A stretch of 32,962 nucleotides of DNA, filler included, from Occultella glacieicola (GTDB lineage: Bacteria; Actinomycetota; Actinomycetes; Actinomycetales; Beutenbergiaceae): assembly GCF_004353825.1 (NCBI RefSeq). It is 2 parts of 2 records of this genome, joined end to end, with 100 filler letters (N's around TTAATTAATTAA, not from the genome) between each part and the next. Parts side by side here need not be neighbours in the genome. Positions count along the whole stretch, not along the records: positions 1 to 21,842 come from NZ_SMNA01000022.1; positions 21,943 to 32,962 come from NZ_SMNA01000023.1. One strand, given 5' to 3'. Shown here in pieces: positions 17,820-26,224 of this stretch (its first letter is position 1; each line of letters opens with the position of its first letter). Under the pieces are notes generated by a model. That model did no database searches. It saw only the letters and a program-made list of their open reading frames with translations, and was not told the origin of the DNA. The translations under genes were made by a program, and so were the position numbers.

Positions 17820-18589
17820 TCGGCAGCGTCCGGGGCGGAAGAGTCGGCAGAGTCGGCAGGAGCGGCAGGGTCGGCAGGAGCGTATGCGGCCACGGCCGCC
17901 ACGATCGCGTCCTGGACGCCGGCGTCCCCGAGGATGCGGAAGTGTCCGCTCGGTCCCACGCGGATGTTGCGCGCTCCCGGCAGTGCGCTGCCGCCCGGGA
18001 TGTGCGGATCCCAGGTTGCGTGCACGGACGTGATCGCCGCGTCGACCGCGCGCTGCGCGCCGAGCTTCCGGACGGCGGTGGGGGACAGGGCCCGCACGGC
18101 CGCGACCGGCACGAACCTGGCATAGGACGAGCCCGCGAACGGCGTGTTCACGGCGACCATGCCGAGTACCCGGGGTACGCCGACCGCCCCGGCCCGCGCT
18201 GCGCCGTCGAGCATCACCTGCTTGCCGATCAGGCCACCCTTGCTGTGCGCGACGAGCACGACCGCGGGTAGCCCGAGTTCCACCAGCCGCCTCGCGACCA
18301 CGTCGGCACCGGACCGGACGTCGGCATGGTTGAGGCCGAGTTCGCGGATGGGGTGGACCGGGTGGCCGGCGTCGAGCAGGCGCCCGGCCAGCGGCTCCAG
18401 GAAGCGCCACGACTCGTAGATGCCCGGCACCAGGACGACCGGCACCCCAGGACCGGGGCGCGGCGTGCGCGCCCACTCGGGCTCGCGCGTCACCACCGCG
18501 TGGGCGATCCGCCCGACGGCGTAGGCGTAGTCGGCCGCCCACGCGGCCGTTCGGCGGACCGCGAGCCGGAGTGACCGGGCCCTGCGCAT
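17816..18589 (-). CDS. Alpha/beta hydrolase (lipase/esterase-like)
   Basis: ATG 18589 overlaps the add stop; VVLVPGIYE, AHSKGG nucleophile elbow, TPFAGS, D and GH catalytic candidates. Confidence 0.8.
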   Translation of the reverse strand: MRRARSLRLAVRRTAAWAADYAYAVGRIAHAVVTREPEWARTPRPGPGVPVVLVPGIYESWRFLEPLAGRLLDAGHPVHPIRELGLNHADVRSGADVVARRLVELGLPAVVLVAHSKGGLIGKQVMLDGAARAGAVGVPRVLGMVAVNTPFAGSSYARFVPVAAVRALSPTAVRKLGAQRAVDAAITSVHATWDPHIPGGSALPGARNIRVGPSGHFRILGDAGVQDAIVAAVAAYAPADPAAPADSADSSAPDAAD

Positions 18590-19659
18590 CAGGCCGTGCC
18601 CGGGTGCTCTCCGGCGCCTGAACCCGGGTCGGGCGCGGCCAGCCACCGGTCCACGTCCGCCAGCATGGTGGCCTTCGAACCGGCACCGGCGCGCGAGGCC
18701 CGGATCGAGCCACGGGCCAGGTCCGCGAGCGCATCGTCGGCGAAGCCGTGGACGCTCCGCGCGGCCTCGTACTGGGCGAGCAGGCGGGAGCCGAACAGGA
18801 GCGGGTCGTCCGCGCCGAGGGCGATCGTCGCGCCGGCCTCGGCGAGCCTGCGCAGCGGCACCTGTTCGGGGGTCGCGTACACCCCGAGCGAGACGTTCGA
18901 GGCCGGGCACACCTCGAACGCGATGCCATCCGCGACCACCCGTTCCAGCAGCGCGGGATCCTCCCCGACCCGGACCCCGTGCCCGAGCCGGTCGGGGTGC
19001 AGGTGCGCCACCACCTGGGCCGCGTGGCCGGGGCCGAGGAGTTCGCCGCCGTGCGGCACCAGCGCCAGATCGGCGCGGGCGGCGATGTGGAACGCGGCGG
19101 CGAAGTCGGAGGTCTCGCCGCGCCGCTCGTCGTTGCTGAGCCCGAACCCCATCACGCCACCGGGACCGTCGTCGGCGTGCCGGGCCGCCAGTCTGGCCAG
19201 CGTCCTGGCCTCCAGCGGGTGCCGCATCCGCGAGCACGCGACGATGATCCCGACCTCGACGCCGGTCGCCGCGCTCGCGGACGCTGCCTCGTCGGTGATG
19301 ATCTCGAGGGCCGGCGTGATGCCGCCGACGAACGGGGCGTAGGACGTCGGGTCCACCTGGAGCTCGAGACGACGGGACCCCTCCGCCGCGTCGGCTGCCG
19401 CCGCCTCCCGGACGATCCGTCGCATGGTCGCCTCGCTGCGAACCACGGCGCGCGCGGCGTCGTACATGCGCTGGAACCGGAACCAGCCCCGCTCGTTCGC
19501 CGGGAGCCGGAGCGGGTCCCCGGCCACGGTCTCCCGCAGCGTCTCGGGCAACCGCATGCCCTGGTCCGCGGCGAGTTCGGTGAGGGTGTCCGGACTCATC
19601 GAGCCGGTGAAGTGCAGGTGCAGGTGCGCCTTGGGCAGCAGTCGCAGGTCACGGGCCAC
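18589..19659 (-). CDS. add: Adenosine deaminase
   Basis: LPKAHLHLHFTGS, HGGE, RLGHG, EVCPASN, ADDP; GTG start 7 nt after TAGAGT. Confidence 0.92.
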   Translation of the reverse strand: MARDLRLLPKAHLHLHFTGSMSPDTLTELAADQGMRLPETLRETVAGDPLRLPANERGWFRFQRMYDAARAVVRSEATMRRIVREAAAADAAEGSRRLELQVDPTSYAPFVGGITPALEIITDEAASASAATGVEVGIIVACSRMRHPLEARTLARLAARHADDGPGGVMGFGLSNDERRGETSDFAAAFHIAARADLALVPHGGELLGPGHAAQVVAHLHPDRLGHGVRVGEDPALLERVVADGIAFEVCPASNVSLGVYATPEQVPLRRLAEAGATIALGADDPLLFGSRLLAQYEAARSVHGFADDALADLARGSIRASRAGAGSKATMLADVDRWLAAPDPGSGAGEHPGTA

Positions 19660-19679
19660 GAGCGCCACTCTAGGTGCCG

Positions 19680-19706
19680 ATGAGAGTTCTCTCATGCCGA
19701 CCTCAC
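19680..19706. promoter_or_regulatory. Operator copy 1: ATGAGAGTTCTCTCAT plus a phased CCTCAC
   Basis: Palindrome 19680-19695, also found at 20995 and 21419. Confidence 0.75.
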
Positions 19707-19732
19707 GGCGGCATCGGCGCCGAGGTGGTGAG

Positions 19733-20998
19733 ATGGTCGCCATGGACCCGTCGGAGCCGGATACGACCCAGCGTGAGGCACGGGACCTGGCCGAACTCAC
19801 CGGACCGGGTCGCGTCGACATCGTGCGGATGGCCCTGCTCGGGATCGACTCGGGGCCGCGGGAGCCGGCGGATCTCGACGTGGACCTCCACTTGAGCGTC
19901 GAGGTCGACCGGGTCCACCACCGGCCGGGCGCGGGCGTCTCCGTCGGTTACCGGGTGGGCTACGACGACGGCGGCGGGGCCCGTGTCAACGAGTACCTGG
20001 TCGCGAGCACCGCTCCCCGGTTGCCCGAGTCCGAACGGGTGGCCCTGCTGGCGGACGGCGACCGACAGGTCCGGGTCTGGCGCCACCCGCACGATCCGGC
20101 ACTGCCGGGCCTGGCTCCGGCGTGCGACGCCGCGACGGTGCACGGGTGGCTCACCGACCTCGGCCGACCCCCGGCGGCACCGGTCCGGCTCGATCTGGTC
20201 AGCTACCGCCCGAGCCGGCGCGCGGTGCTGCGGGCGGGCGCCGGCGACGACTCCGTGTTCGTGAAGGTCCTGCCGCCCCGGCGGGCCGAGGCCCTGTACC
20301 GCAGGCACGAGGTGCTGACCGACGCCGGGGTGCCGACTCCTCGCGTCCTGGCCTGCCCCGGTCCCGGGGTCCTGATGATCGAGCGCGCGCGGGGGCACGC
20401 GCTGGCCGAGGCGATCGCCGGGGCCGAGCGGAACCCGGGCGGGCTGCCCGGGCCCGACGTGTTGGAGGCCTGGCTGGATTCGCTCCCGGCGACGGTTCTC
20501 GAGCTGCCCGCCCGACCGTCCTGGGCGGACCGGATCGACTTCCACGCGGAGGCCGCCCGGGCCGCGCTGCCGGCGGAGGCGGGCCGGATCGACCGCCTCG
20601 AGACCGGTCTCACGGAACTGCTGGCGCGCACGCCGGACGGTCCGAAGGTGCCGACGCACGGGGACTTCTACGAGGCGAACGTGTTCACCGCCGACGGCGG
20701 GGTCAGCTCCGTGATCGACGTGGACTCCGTCGGCCCTGGTCGGCGGTCGGACGACCTCGGGACGATGCTCGGGCACGTCGCCGTGCTGCCCGCGCTCGCC
20801 CCGCACGTGTACGCGCACGTGCCCGGGATCGTCAAGGAGTGGACGGCGTACTTCGAGACCCGCGTGGATCCGGTGGACCTGCGGGCCCGTACGGCGGCCG
20901 TGGTGCTCTCCCTCGCGGCCGGGACCTCGCCCGAGCAGGGCGCGGCGCGGCTCGCAGTCGCCGAGGAGTGGCACGCCGACGCGCAGGGGCGGATATGA
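19733..20998 (+). CDS. Aminoglycoside-phosphotransferase/choline-kinase-like phosphotransferase
   Basis: SYRPSRRAVLR, FVKV, HGDFYEANV, VIDVD; start ATG 19733 or 19742. Confidence 0.8.
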   Translation: MVAMDPSEPDTTQREARDLAELTGPGRVDIVRMALLGIDSGPREPADLDVDLHLSVEVDRVHHRPGAGVSVGYRVGYDDGGGARVNEYLVASTAPRLPESERVALLADGDRQVRVWRHPHDPALPGLAPACDAATVHGWLTDLGRPPAAPVRLDLVSYRPSRRAVLRAGAGDDSVFVKVLPPRRAEALYRRHEVLTDAGVPTPRVLACPGPGVLMIERARGHALAEAIAGAERNPGGLPGPDVLEAWLDSLPATVLELPARPSWADRIDFHAEAARAALPAEAGRIDRLETGLTELLARTPDGPKVPTHGDFYEANVFTADGGVSSVIDVDSVGPGRRSDDLGTMLGHVAVLPALAPHVYAHVPGIVKEWTAYFETRVDPVDLRARTAAVVLSLAAGTSPEQGAARLAVAEEWHADAQGRI

Positions 20999-21048
20999 GA
21001 GTTCTCTCATCCGGGGCTCCCCGAGTTCTCATGCTCGCGTGCCAGTCT
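20995..21048 (+). promoter_or_regulatory. Operator copy 2 and putative -10 box (CAGTCT)
   Basis: ATGAGAGTTCTCTCAT 20995-21010; TCTCAT 21027-21032; CAGTCT 21043-21048. Confidence 0.75.
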
Positions 21049-21074
21049 CACACCGGCCGGCGAGGAGGGGACCG

Positions 21075-21404
21075 ATGAAGAAGCAGACTGCGTGGTTGGT
21101 GACCGGGGCACTCGGCGTGGCCGGGTTCGCCGGTGGGTCGCTGAGTTTCGCCTCGCACCCCATGGAGTCGGAGTCCCTGCCCGGCGTCGCGATCTCGGCC
21201 CCGGCCGCCGCCGGGACCGCGCCCGTGACCACGCCGGACCCGGCGACGGTGGCACCTGGCGACGTCGCCTCCACGACCGGTCCGGTCGAGCAGGTCGGGC
21301 CGACGCCGGTGCCACAGGCCGCACCGGTCTCGGCGCCGACCCCGGCCTCGGCGGCGTCCGCGGGCACGGCCAGTTCCGCTCCGACGGCCGGGTCTCCGGA
21401 CTGA
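21075..21404 (+). CDS. Small exported Pro/Ala/Ser/Thr-rich protein (paralog 1)
   Basis: GAGGAGG RBS; MKKQTAWLVTGALGVAGFAGGSLSFA signal-like N-terminus; low-complexity body. Confidence 0.75.
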   Translation: MKKQTAWLVTGALGVAGFAGGSLSFASHPMESESLPGVAISAPAAAGTAPVTTPDPATVAPGDVASTTGPVEQVGPTPVPQAAPVSAPTPASAASAGTASSAPTAGSPD

Positions 21405-21411
21405 TCGGTCG

Positions 21412-21472
21412 GCCGAAGATGAGAGGTCTCTCATCTTCGGCTCCTCAACGTCTCATCGAATCTCATCAGACT
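21412..21472 (+). promoter_or_regulatory. Operator copy 3 (14-bp-arm inverted repeat) and putative -10 box (CAGACT)
   Basis: GCCGAAGATGAGAG-gt-CTCTCATCTTCGGC 21412-21441; TCTCAT at 21451 and 21461; CAGACT 21467-21472. Confidence 0.75.
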
Positions 21473-21524
21473 CGACACAGTCAGCAGCCGCCGGGTCCGG
21501 CGCGCCGAGCCAAGGAGTTGTGAG

Positions 21525-21842
21525 TTGAACAAGCGAACCGCATGGATGGTCACCGGGGCACTGGGTGTCGTCGGAGTGGCCGGAGCGTCGATCGCTGCCG
21601 CGGCGGACACGAACAGCGTCGACCAGATGCCGGGAGTGAGCATCACCGTGCCCGAGGCTCCCGCTGGGCCCGCCGAGACCCCGGCCCCCACCGCACCCGA
21701 GACGCCGGCTCCCGCGCCCACGGACCCGGCCACCGTGGCGCCGGGGAGCGCCGTGACGGTGGTCAGCGCTCCCAGCCCGGCGGCGCCGGCACCTTCGCCG
21801 GCGGCACCGGCACCGGCACCGGCGCCGGCACCCGCGCCGTCC
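21525..21842 (+). CDS. Small exported Pro/Ala-rich protein (paralog 2), truncated by the gap
   Basis: TTG start after AAGGAG; MNKRTAWMVTGALGVVGVAG; shares PGVxI and DPATVAPG with paralog 1. Confidence 0.75.
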
Positions 21843-21942
21843 NNNNNNNNNNNNNNNNNNNNNNNNNNNNNNNNNNNNNNNNNNNNTTAATTAATTAANN
21901 NNNNNNNNNNNNNNNNNNNNNNNNNNNNNNNNNNNNNNNNNN
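21843..21942. other. Artificial contig linker (N44-TTAATTAATTAA-N44)
   Basis: Exactly 100 nt, symmetric, with stop codons in all six frames. Confidence 0.97.
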
Positions 21943-22042
21943 ACCCGATCCCCTCCCAGTCCGTCCGCACCAGGCGAGACCGCGCCGTCCAAAGCTCGAC
22001 CCCCTCGGCCAACCACGCCTCCCGCTCCTGCACCGACTCCAT
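21943..22042 (-). CDS. 5' fragment of an unknown gene running into the gap
   Basis: ATG 22042 with GGGGAGG RBS; MESVQEREAWLAEGVELWTARSRLVRTDWEGIG. Confidence 0.45.
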
Positions 22043-22154
22043 CGCCGCCTCCCCAGTTCGCCCGATCCCCGCCGACCCTGCGCTGAGGGAGATCTTGACA
22101 GCGAACACCGACATCGCTTCAAACGGGCGCGAGCCAGACTGGTGTTCCGAACGT

Positions 22155-22189
22155 TGCGCCACTGACCCGCGTGCTGGGTCAGTGGCGCA
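22155..22189. repeat. Perfect inverted repeat (14-bp arms)
   Basis: TGCGCCACTGACCC-gcgtgct-GGGTCAGTGGCGCA. Confidence 0.8.
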
Positions 22190-22240
22190 GCGGCGGGGCG
22201 GGCCTGCGCCGGTGGGCCCGGGTGGTGGCAGGCTGGTCGG

Positions 22241-23071
22241 ATGCACACGCCGCACCTGAGGGTCGTCGAGTCCACCGGCTCCACGAACGCCGATCTGCTG
22301 CGGGCTGCGACGGCGGACCCCGGCGGGTGGCCGCACCTGTCCGGGATCCTGGCCCGGCACCAGCGCAGCGGCCGCGGCCGTACGGGGCGATCCTGGGACA
22401 CCGACGACCACGCCGCGCTCACATTCTCGATCGTGCTGCGCCCGGACCGGCCCCGCGAGCAGTGGAGCTGGCTGCCGCTGCTCGCCGGTGTCGCGGTGCT
22501 GCGGGCCGCGGCGAGCGCGGCACCGGGGACCGCCCCGAAAGCGCGGGAGAGCGCCGGGTCCCGCGGGGCGACGGTGGGCGGGGGTGGGTCCGGCGGTACC
22601 GAACTCGCGCTGAAGTGGCCGAACGACCTGGTCCACACCCGCGGGGCCGAGGACCTGCCGGACTGGGGGCGGCTCCGGAAGGTCGGCGGTCTGCTCGCCG
22701 AGGTGCTCCCGGACGCCTCCGGCGTGGTGCTCGGCATCGGGGTGAACCTGGCCGGCGAGCGACTGCCGGTACCGTGGGCCGGCACGCTGGCCGAGATCGG
22801 GGTCGAGACCGACGCGCAGGCGCTGGCCCACCGCATCGTCGCGTCGCTCGCGGACGTGCTCGCCGACCCGGCGATCGCCGCGGACCCACGCTCCGCCGTC
22901 GGGCCCCACCTGGTGACCCTCAACACCAGGGTGCGCGTGGACCTACCGTCCGGACCGCCCGTCCAGGGCGTGGCGGCTGGTCTCGCCGCGGACGGCGCCC
23001 TGGTGGTGCACACGACGGCGGGGGAGCGGACCGTGCATGCCGGGGACGTCGCACATGTGCGGATCGGGTGA
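22241..23071 (+). CDS. birA: Biotin--[acetyl-CoA-carboxylase] ligase (no HTH domain)
   Basis: STGSTNADL, QRSGRGRTGRSW, KWPND, KVGGLL, GIGVN, AGDV. Confidence 0.93.
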   Translation: MHTPHLRVVESTGSTNADLLRAATADPGGWPHLSGILARHQRSGRGRTGRSWDTDDHAALTFSIVLRPDRPREQWSWLPLLAGVAVLRAAASAAPGTAPKARESAGSRGATVGGGGSGGTELALKWPNDLVHTRGAEDLPDWGRLRKVGGLLAEVLPDASGVVLGIGVNLAGERLPVPWAGTLAEIGVETDAQALAHRIVASLADVLADPAIAADPRSAVGPHLVTLNTRVRVDLPSGPPVQGVAAGLAADGALVVHTTAGERTVHAGDVAHVRIG

Positions 23072-23089
23072 CGCGCTAGCCTCGACTGC

Positions 23090-24127
23090 GTGAGTGACTC
23101 GACCGCGCCGTCCTCCGGCCGATCCACGATCCGGGACCAGGAGGAGCGCCTCCTGGGTGGACCTGCGACGCTCGACGTCGAGGAGATGGCGGCCGCCGTC
23201 GGGATCCCCACCCAGGTGCTGCGGATCTACTGGCGCTCGCTCGGCTTCGCGGACGTTCCCGACGGTGTCAAGCACTTCACCCAGGTCGACGTCGACGGCC
23301 TCAAGGCCATCGTGGACCTCGTCCTCACCGACGCCGTGGCGCTCGAGACCGCTCAGGACCTCGTGCGCGCGCAGGGACACAGCATGGACCGCCTGGTGCT
23401 CTGGCAGGTCGAGTCGCTGGTCGCTGACGCCCGACACCGGCACCATCTCGACGACACCAGCGCGCGGCTCGTGGTACTCGACCGGCTCGCCGAGATCGGG
23501 CCGGTGCTCCGGGACCAGCTGGGCTATGTGTGGCGCCGTCAGCTGGCCGCGCTGCTGGCCCGGATGGACAAGGACGTGGCGCTCAGCAAGGACACCTCCG
23601 CGACCGACCGGCTCCCGCTCGAGCGCGCGATCGGGTTCATCGACATCATCTCCTACACCTCCCGCGCCGCCCGGCTGGCGCCCTCGGAACTGTCGTCGCT
23701 GGTGCAGGCGTTCGAGTCCGGCGCCCGGGACGTGATCGCCGCCCACGGGGCCCGGGTGGTCAAGACGATCGGCGACGCGGTGCTCTTCGTGGCCGACGAC
23801 CTCGAGACCGGCGCCATGGTCGCGACCGGCCTGCTCGAGGTGATGGACGCCCGCGGGCTGCCGATCCGGGGCTCGGTCGTGTGGGGGCGGGTGCTGTCCC
23901 GCTCCGGTGACGTGTTCGGGCCGATCGTGAACCTCGCCTCCCGGCTGAGTGACCTCGCCGGACCGGCCACGGTCCTGATGGACGACGTGAGTGCCGCGCT
24001 GCTGGAGGCCACCGACTCCGACTCGCCGTTCACGTTCGACCATCTGAAGCCGGTGGACGTCCACGGCCTCGGCGAGGTTCGGCCGGTCCGGTTGGCGCGG
24101 CGCGCCACGTCCACCCCGGCACATTGA
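23090..24127 (+). CDS. Class III adenylate cyclase with N-terminal regulatory domain
   Basis: GFIDIISYT, VVKTIGDAVLF, GDVFGPIVNLASRL; N-terminal YWRSLGF. Confidence 0.88.
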   Translation: MSDSTAPSSGRSTIRDQEERLLGGPATLDVEEMAAAVGIPTQVLRIYWRSLGFADVPDGVKHFTQVDVDGLKAIVDLVLTDAVALETAQDLVRAQGHSMDRLVLWQVESLVADARHRHHLDDTSARLVVLDRLAEIGPVLRDQLGYVWRRQLAALLARMDKDVALSKDTSATDRLPLERAIGFIDIISYTSRAARLAPSELSSLVQAFESGARDVIAAHGARVVKTIGDAVLFVADDLETGAMVATGLLEVMDARGLPIRGSVVWGRVLSRSGDVFGPIVNLASRLSDLAGPATVLMDDVSAALLEATDSDSPFTFDHLKPVDVHGLGEVRPVRLARRATSTPAH

Positions 24128-24161
24128 GCACGTCACCAGTTCGTGGCACTAGCATGGGCGA

Positions 24162-24845
24162 GTGACCCGAGTTCTATTAGCAGAAGATGACCCGGCCATT
24201 GCCGAGCCGTTGGCGAGGGCGCTCACCCGCGAGGGCTACACGGTCTCCGTGCACGGCACCGGCCGCGGTGCGATCGACGAGGCGCCGCAGGCCGACCTGT
24301 TCGTCCTCGATCTCGGCCTGCCCGACATGGACGGCCTCGACGTGGCCCGGTGGGTCCGCAACCAGGGGCTGACCACGCCGATCCTGGTGCTCACCGCCCG
24401 CGCCGACGAGGTCGACCTCGTGGTGGGGCTGGATGCCGGTGCCGACGACTACGTCACCAAGCCGTTCCGGCTCGCCGAACTGCTGGCCCGGGTGCGGGCG
24501 CTGCTGCGCCGAGCCGGGAGCGAGGGTGGCGAGGAGGACGAGATCACCTCCCAGGACGTTCGCGTGGACATCGCCGCGCACCGGGCGTTCCAGGGCGAGC
24601 GGGAGCTCCAGCTGACCGCCAAGGAGTTCGAACTGCTCCGGGTGCTCGTCCGGGAGGCCGGGTCGGTGGTCTCCCGGGACTCGCTGATGCGCGAGGTCTG
24701 GGCCTCGGACCCGACGGGTTCCACGAAGACCCTGGACATGCACGTGTCCTGGCTGCGCCGCAAGCTCGGTGACGACGCGAACGCGCCCCGGTACATCTCC
24801 ACCGTGCGGGGCATGGGCTTCCGATTCGAGAACGGGGAGCACTGA
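24162..24845 (+). CDS. OmpR-family response regulator (DraR-like)
   Basis: LLAEDD, LDLGLPDMDG, GADDYVTKPF, KTLDMHVSWLRRKL, TVRGMGFRF; RR-HK-GtrA-purK-purE order recalled from Streptomyces draRK. Confidence 0.93.
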   Translation: MTRVLLAEDDPAIAEPLARALTREGYTVSVHGTGRGAIDEAPQADLFVLDLGLPDMDGLDVARWVRNQGLTTPILVLTARADEVDLVVGLDAGADDYVTKPFRLAELLARVRALLRRAGSEGGEEDEITSQDVRVDIAAHRAFQGERELQLTAKEFELLRVLVREAGSVVSRDSLMREVWASDPTGSTKTLDMHVSWLRRKLGDDANAPRYISTVRGMGFRFENGEH

Positions 24846-24846
24846 C

Positions 24847-26181
24847 CTGCGCAGACGTGTCCTGACCGCGACCATCGCGGCGGTCACCGTCGCGGTGCTC
24901 CTGCTCGGCGTCCCGATGGCGATCTTCGGTGCCCTGATGGTCCGGGAGACCGTCGCCCAGAACATGGAACTGCGGACCCAGTCGATCTCGCGCGCCGTGG
25001 AGACCCGGCTCGCGTTCGAGACCCCGCTGGACGACGAGATGCTCGAACGCTGGGTGGTCGACGAGGAATCCAGCCTCCCGGCCGTACGGATCACGGTCAC
25101 CGACCTCGACGGCACGGTCTACAGCGCCGGGCCGATGATCGACGACAAGACCTTCTCGATCTCGCAGAACACGCCTTCGGGCGCCGAGGTCGAGGTCGCG
25201 ATCTCGGCCACCACGCTGTTCTGGCGCGGTGCCCAGGTGGTGGTCCTGGTGATCCTCGCGTCCGTGGTCGCGTTCGGGGTGGCCGCGCTCGTGGCGCTGT
25301 GGCAGGCCCGCCGGCTCGCCGCCCCGCTGATCTACCTGGCCGCCTCCGCCGAGCAGATCGGCTCCGGGCAGGTGCGGCCCCGGATGGAGAAGTCCGGTGT
25401 CGAGGAGATCGACCTGGTGGCCGCGGAACTGAGCCGCACCAGCGACCGGCTCGCCGGGCGGATCGCCGCCGAGCGCCAGTTCGCGGCGAACGTCAGCCAC
25501 CAGCTGCGTACCCCGCTGACGGCCCTGTCGATGCGGCTCGAGGAGATCCAGCTGCTCTCCGAGGACGAGGAGGTCCGCGAGGAGGCCAGGATCTCCCTCG
25601 ACCAGGTCGAGCGGCTGGTGCACGTCGTCGACGACCTGCTCAAGTCCGCCCGCAAGGCCGATGGCGGAACCACCGAGGCCCTGCACGTCGCCGATATCTT
25701 CGCGCAGCAGCAGGAGGAGTGGGGGCCGACCTTCAAGCGGGCCAAGCGCACCCTCGCCATCGGCGACCCGGGGGAGGCGTCGGTGCTCGCGACCCCGGGC
25801 GCGCTCGCCCAGGTGCTCTCGACGCTCCTGGAGAACTCCCTCAAGTACGGCGACGGCACCACCGAGGTCCGGGTCCGCCCGACCCGCGACGGCGCCGAGA
25901 CCGGGGTGGTGATCGAGGTTGCCGATGAGGGCCCGGGGGTCAGCGACGAGCTGGCGCCGAAGATCTTCGACCGGCACGTCACCTCCGGCAAGGGCACCGG
26001 GCTCGGTCTTGGCCTGGCCCGCACCCTGGTCACGGCGGACGGCGGCCGGCTCGAGCTCGCGCAGCGGCGCCCCCCGATCTTCGCGATCTTCCTGAACGCG
26101 GTGCCCTCGCGGCTGGACCCGGACGTGGTCCTGCCCCCGGGATCGCTCGTGGTGGTCGGCAGGCGCCGACGGCGCCGCTGA
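24847..26181 (+). CDS. Sensor histidine kinase (DraK-like); probable CTG start
   Basis: Two TM helices, HAMP, SHQLRTPL H-box, LLENSLKYG, DEGPG, GTGLGL; start uncertain. Confidence 0.88.
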   Translation: MRRRVLTATIAAVTVAVLLLGVPMAIFGALMVRETVAQNMELRTQSISRAVETRLAFETPLDDEMLERWVVDEESSLPAVRITVTDLDGTVYSAGPMIDDKTFSISQNTPSGAEVEVAISATTLFWRGAQVVVLVILASVVAFGVAALVALWQARRLAAPLIYLAASAEQIGSGQVRPRMEKSGVEEIDLVAAELSRTSDRLAGRIAAERQFAANVSHQLRTPLTALSMRLEEIQLLSEDEEVREEARISLDQVERLVHVVDDLLKSARKADGGTTEALHVADIFAQQQEEWGPTFKRAKRTLAIGDPGEASVLATPGALAQVLSTLLENSLKYGDGTTEVRVRPTRDGAETGVVIEVADEGPGVSDELAPKIFDRHVTSGKGTGLGLGLARTLVTADGGRLELAQRRPPIFAIFLNAVPSRLDPDVVLPPGSLVVVGRRRRRR

Positions 26182-26224
26182 GGGGTGGTGCTTCGCGGTG
26201 CGAGGTTCTGCCCCGGGATCTCGC

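Noticed and set aside
21887..21898. AT-rich palindrome TTAATTAATTAA
   Set aside because: Assembly linker, not biological.
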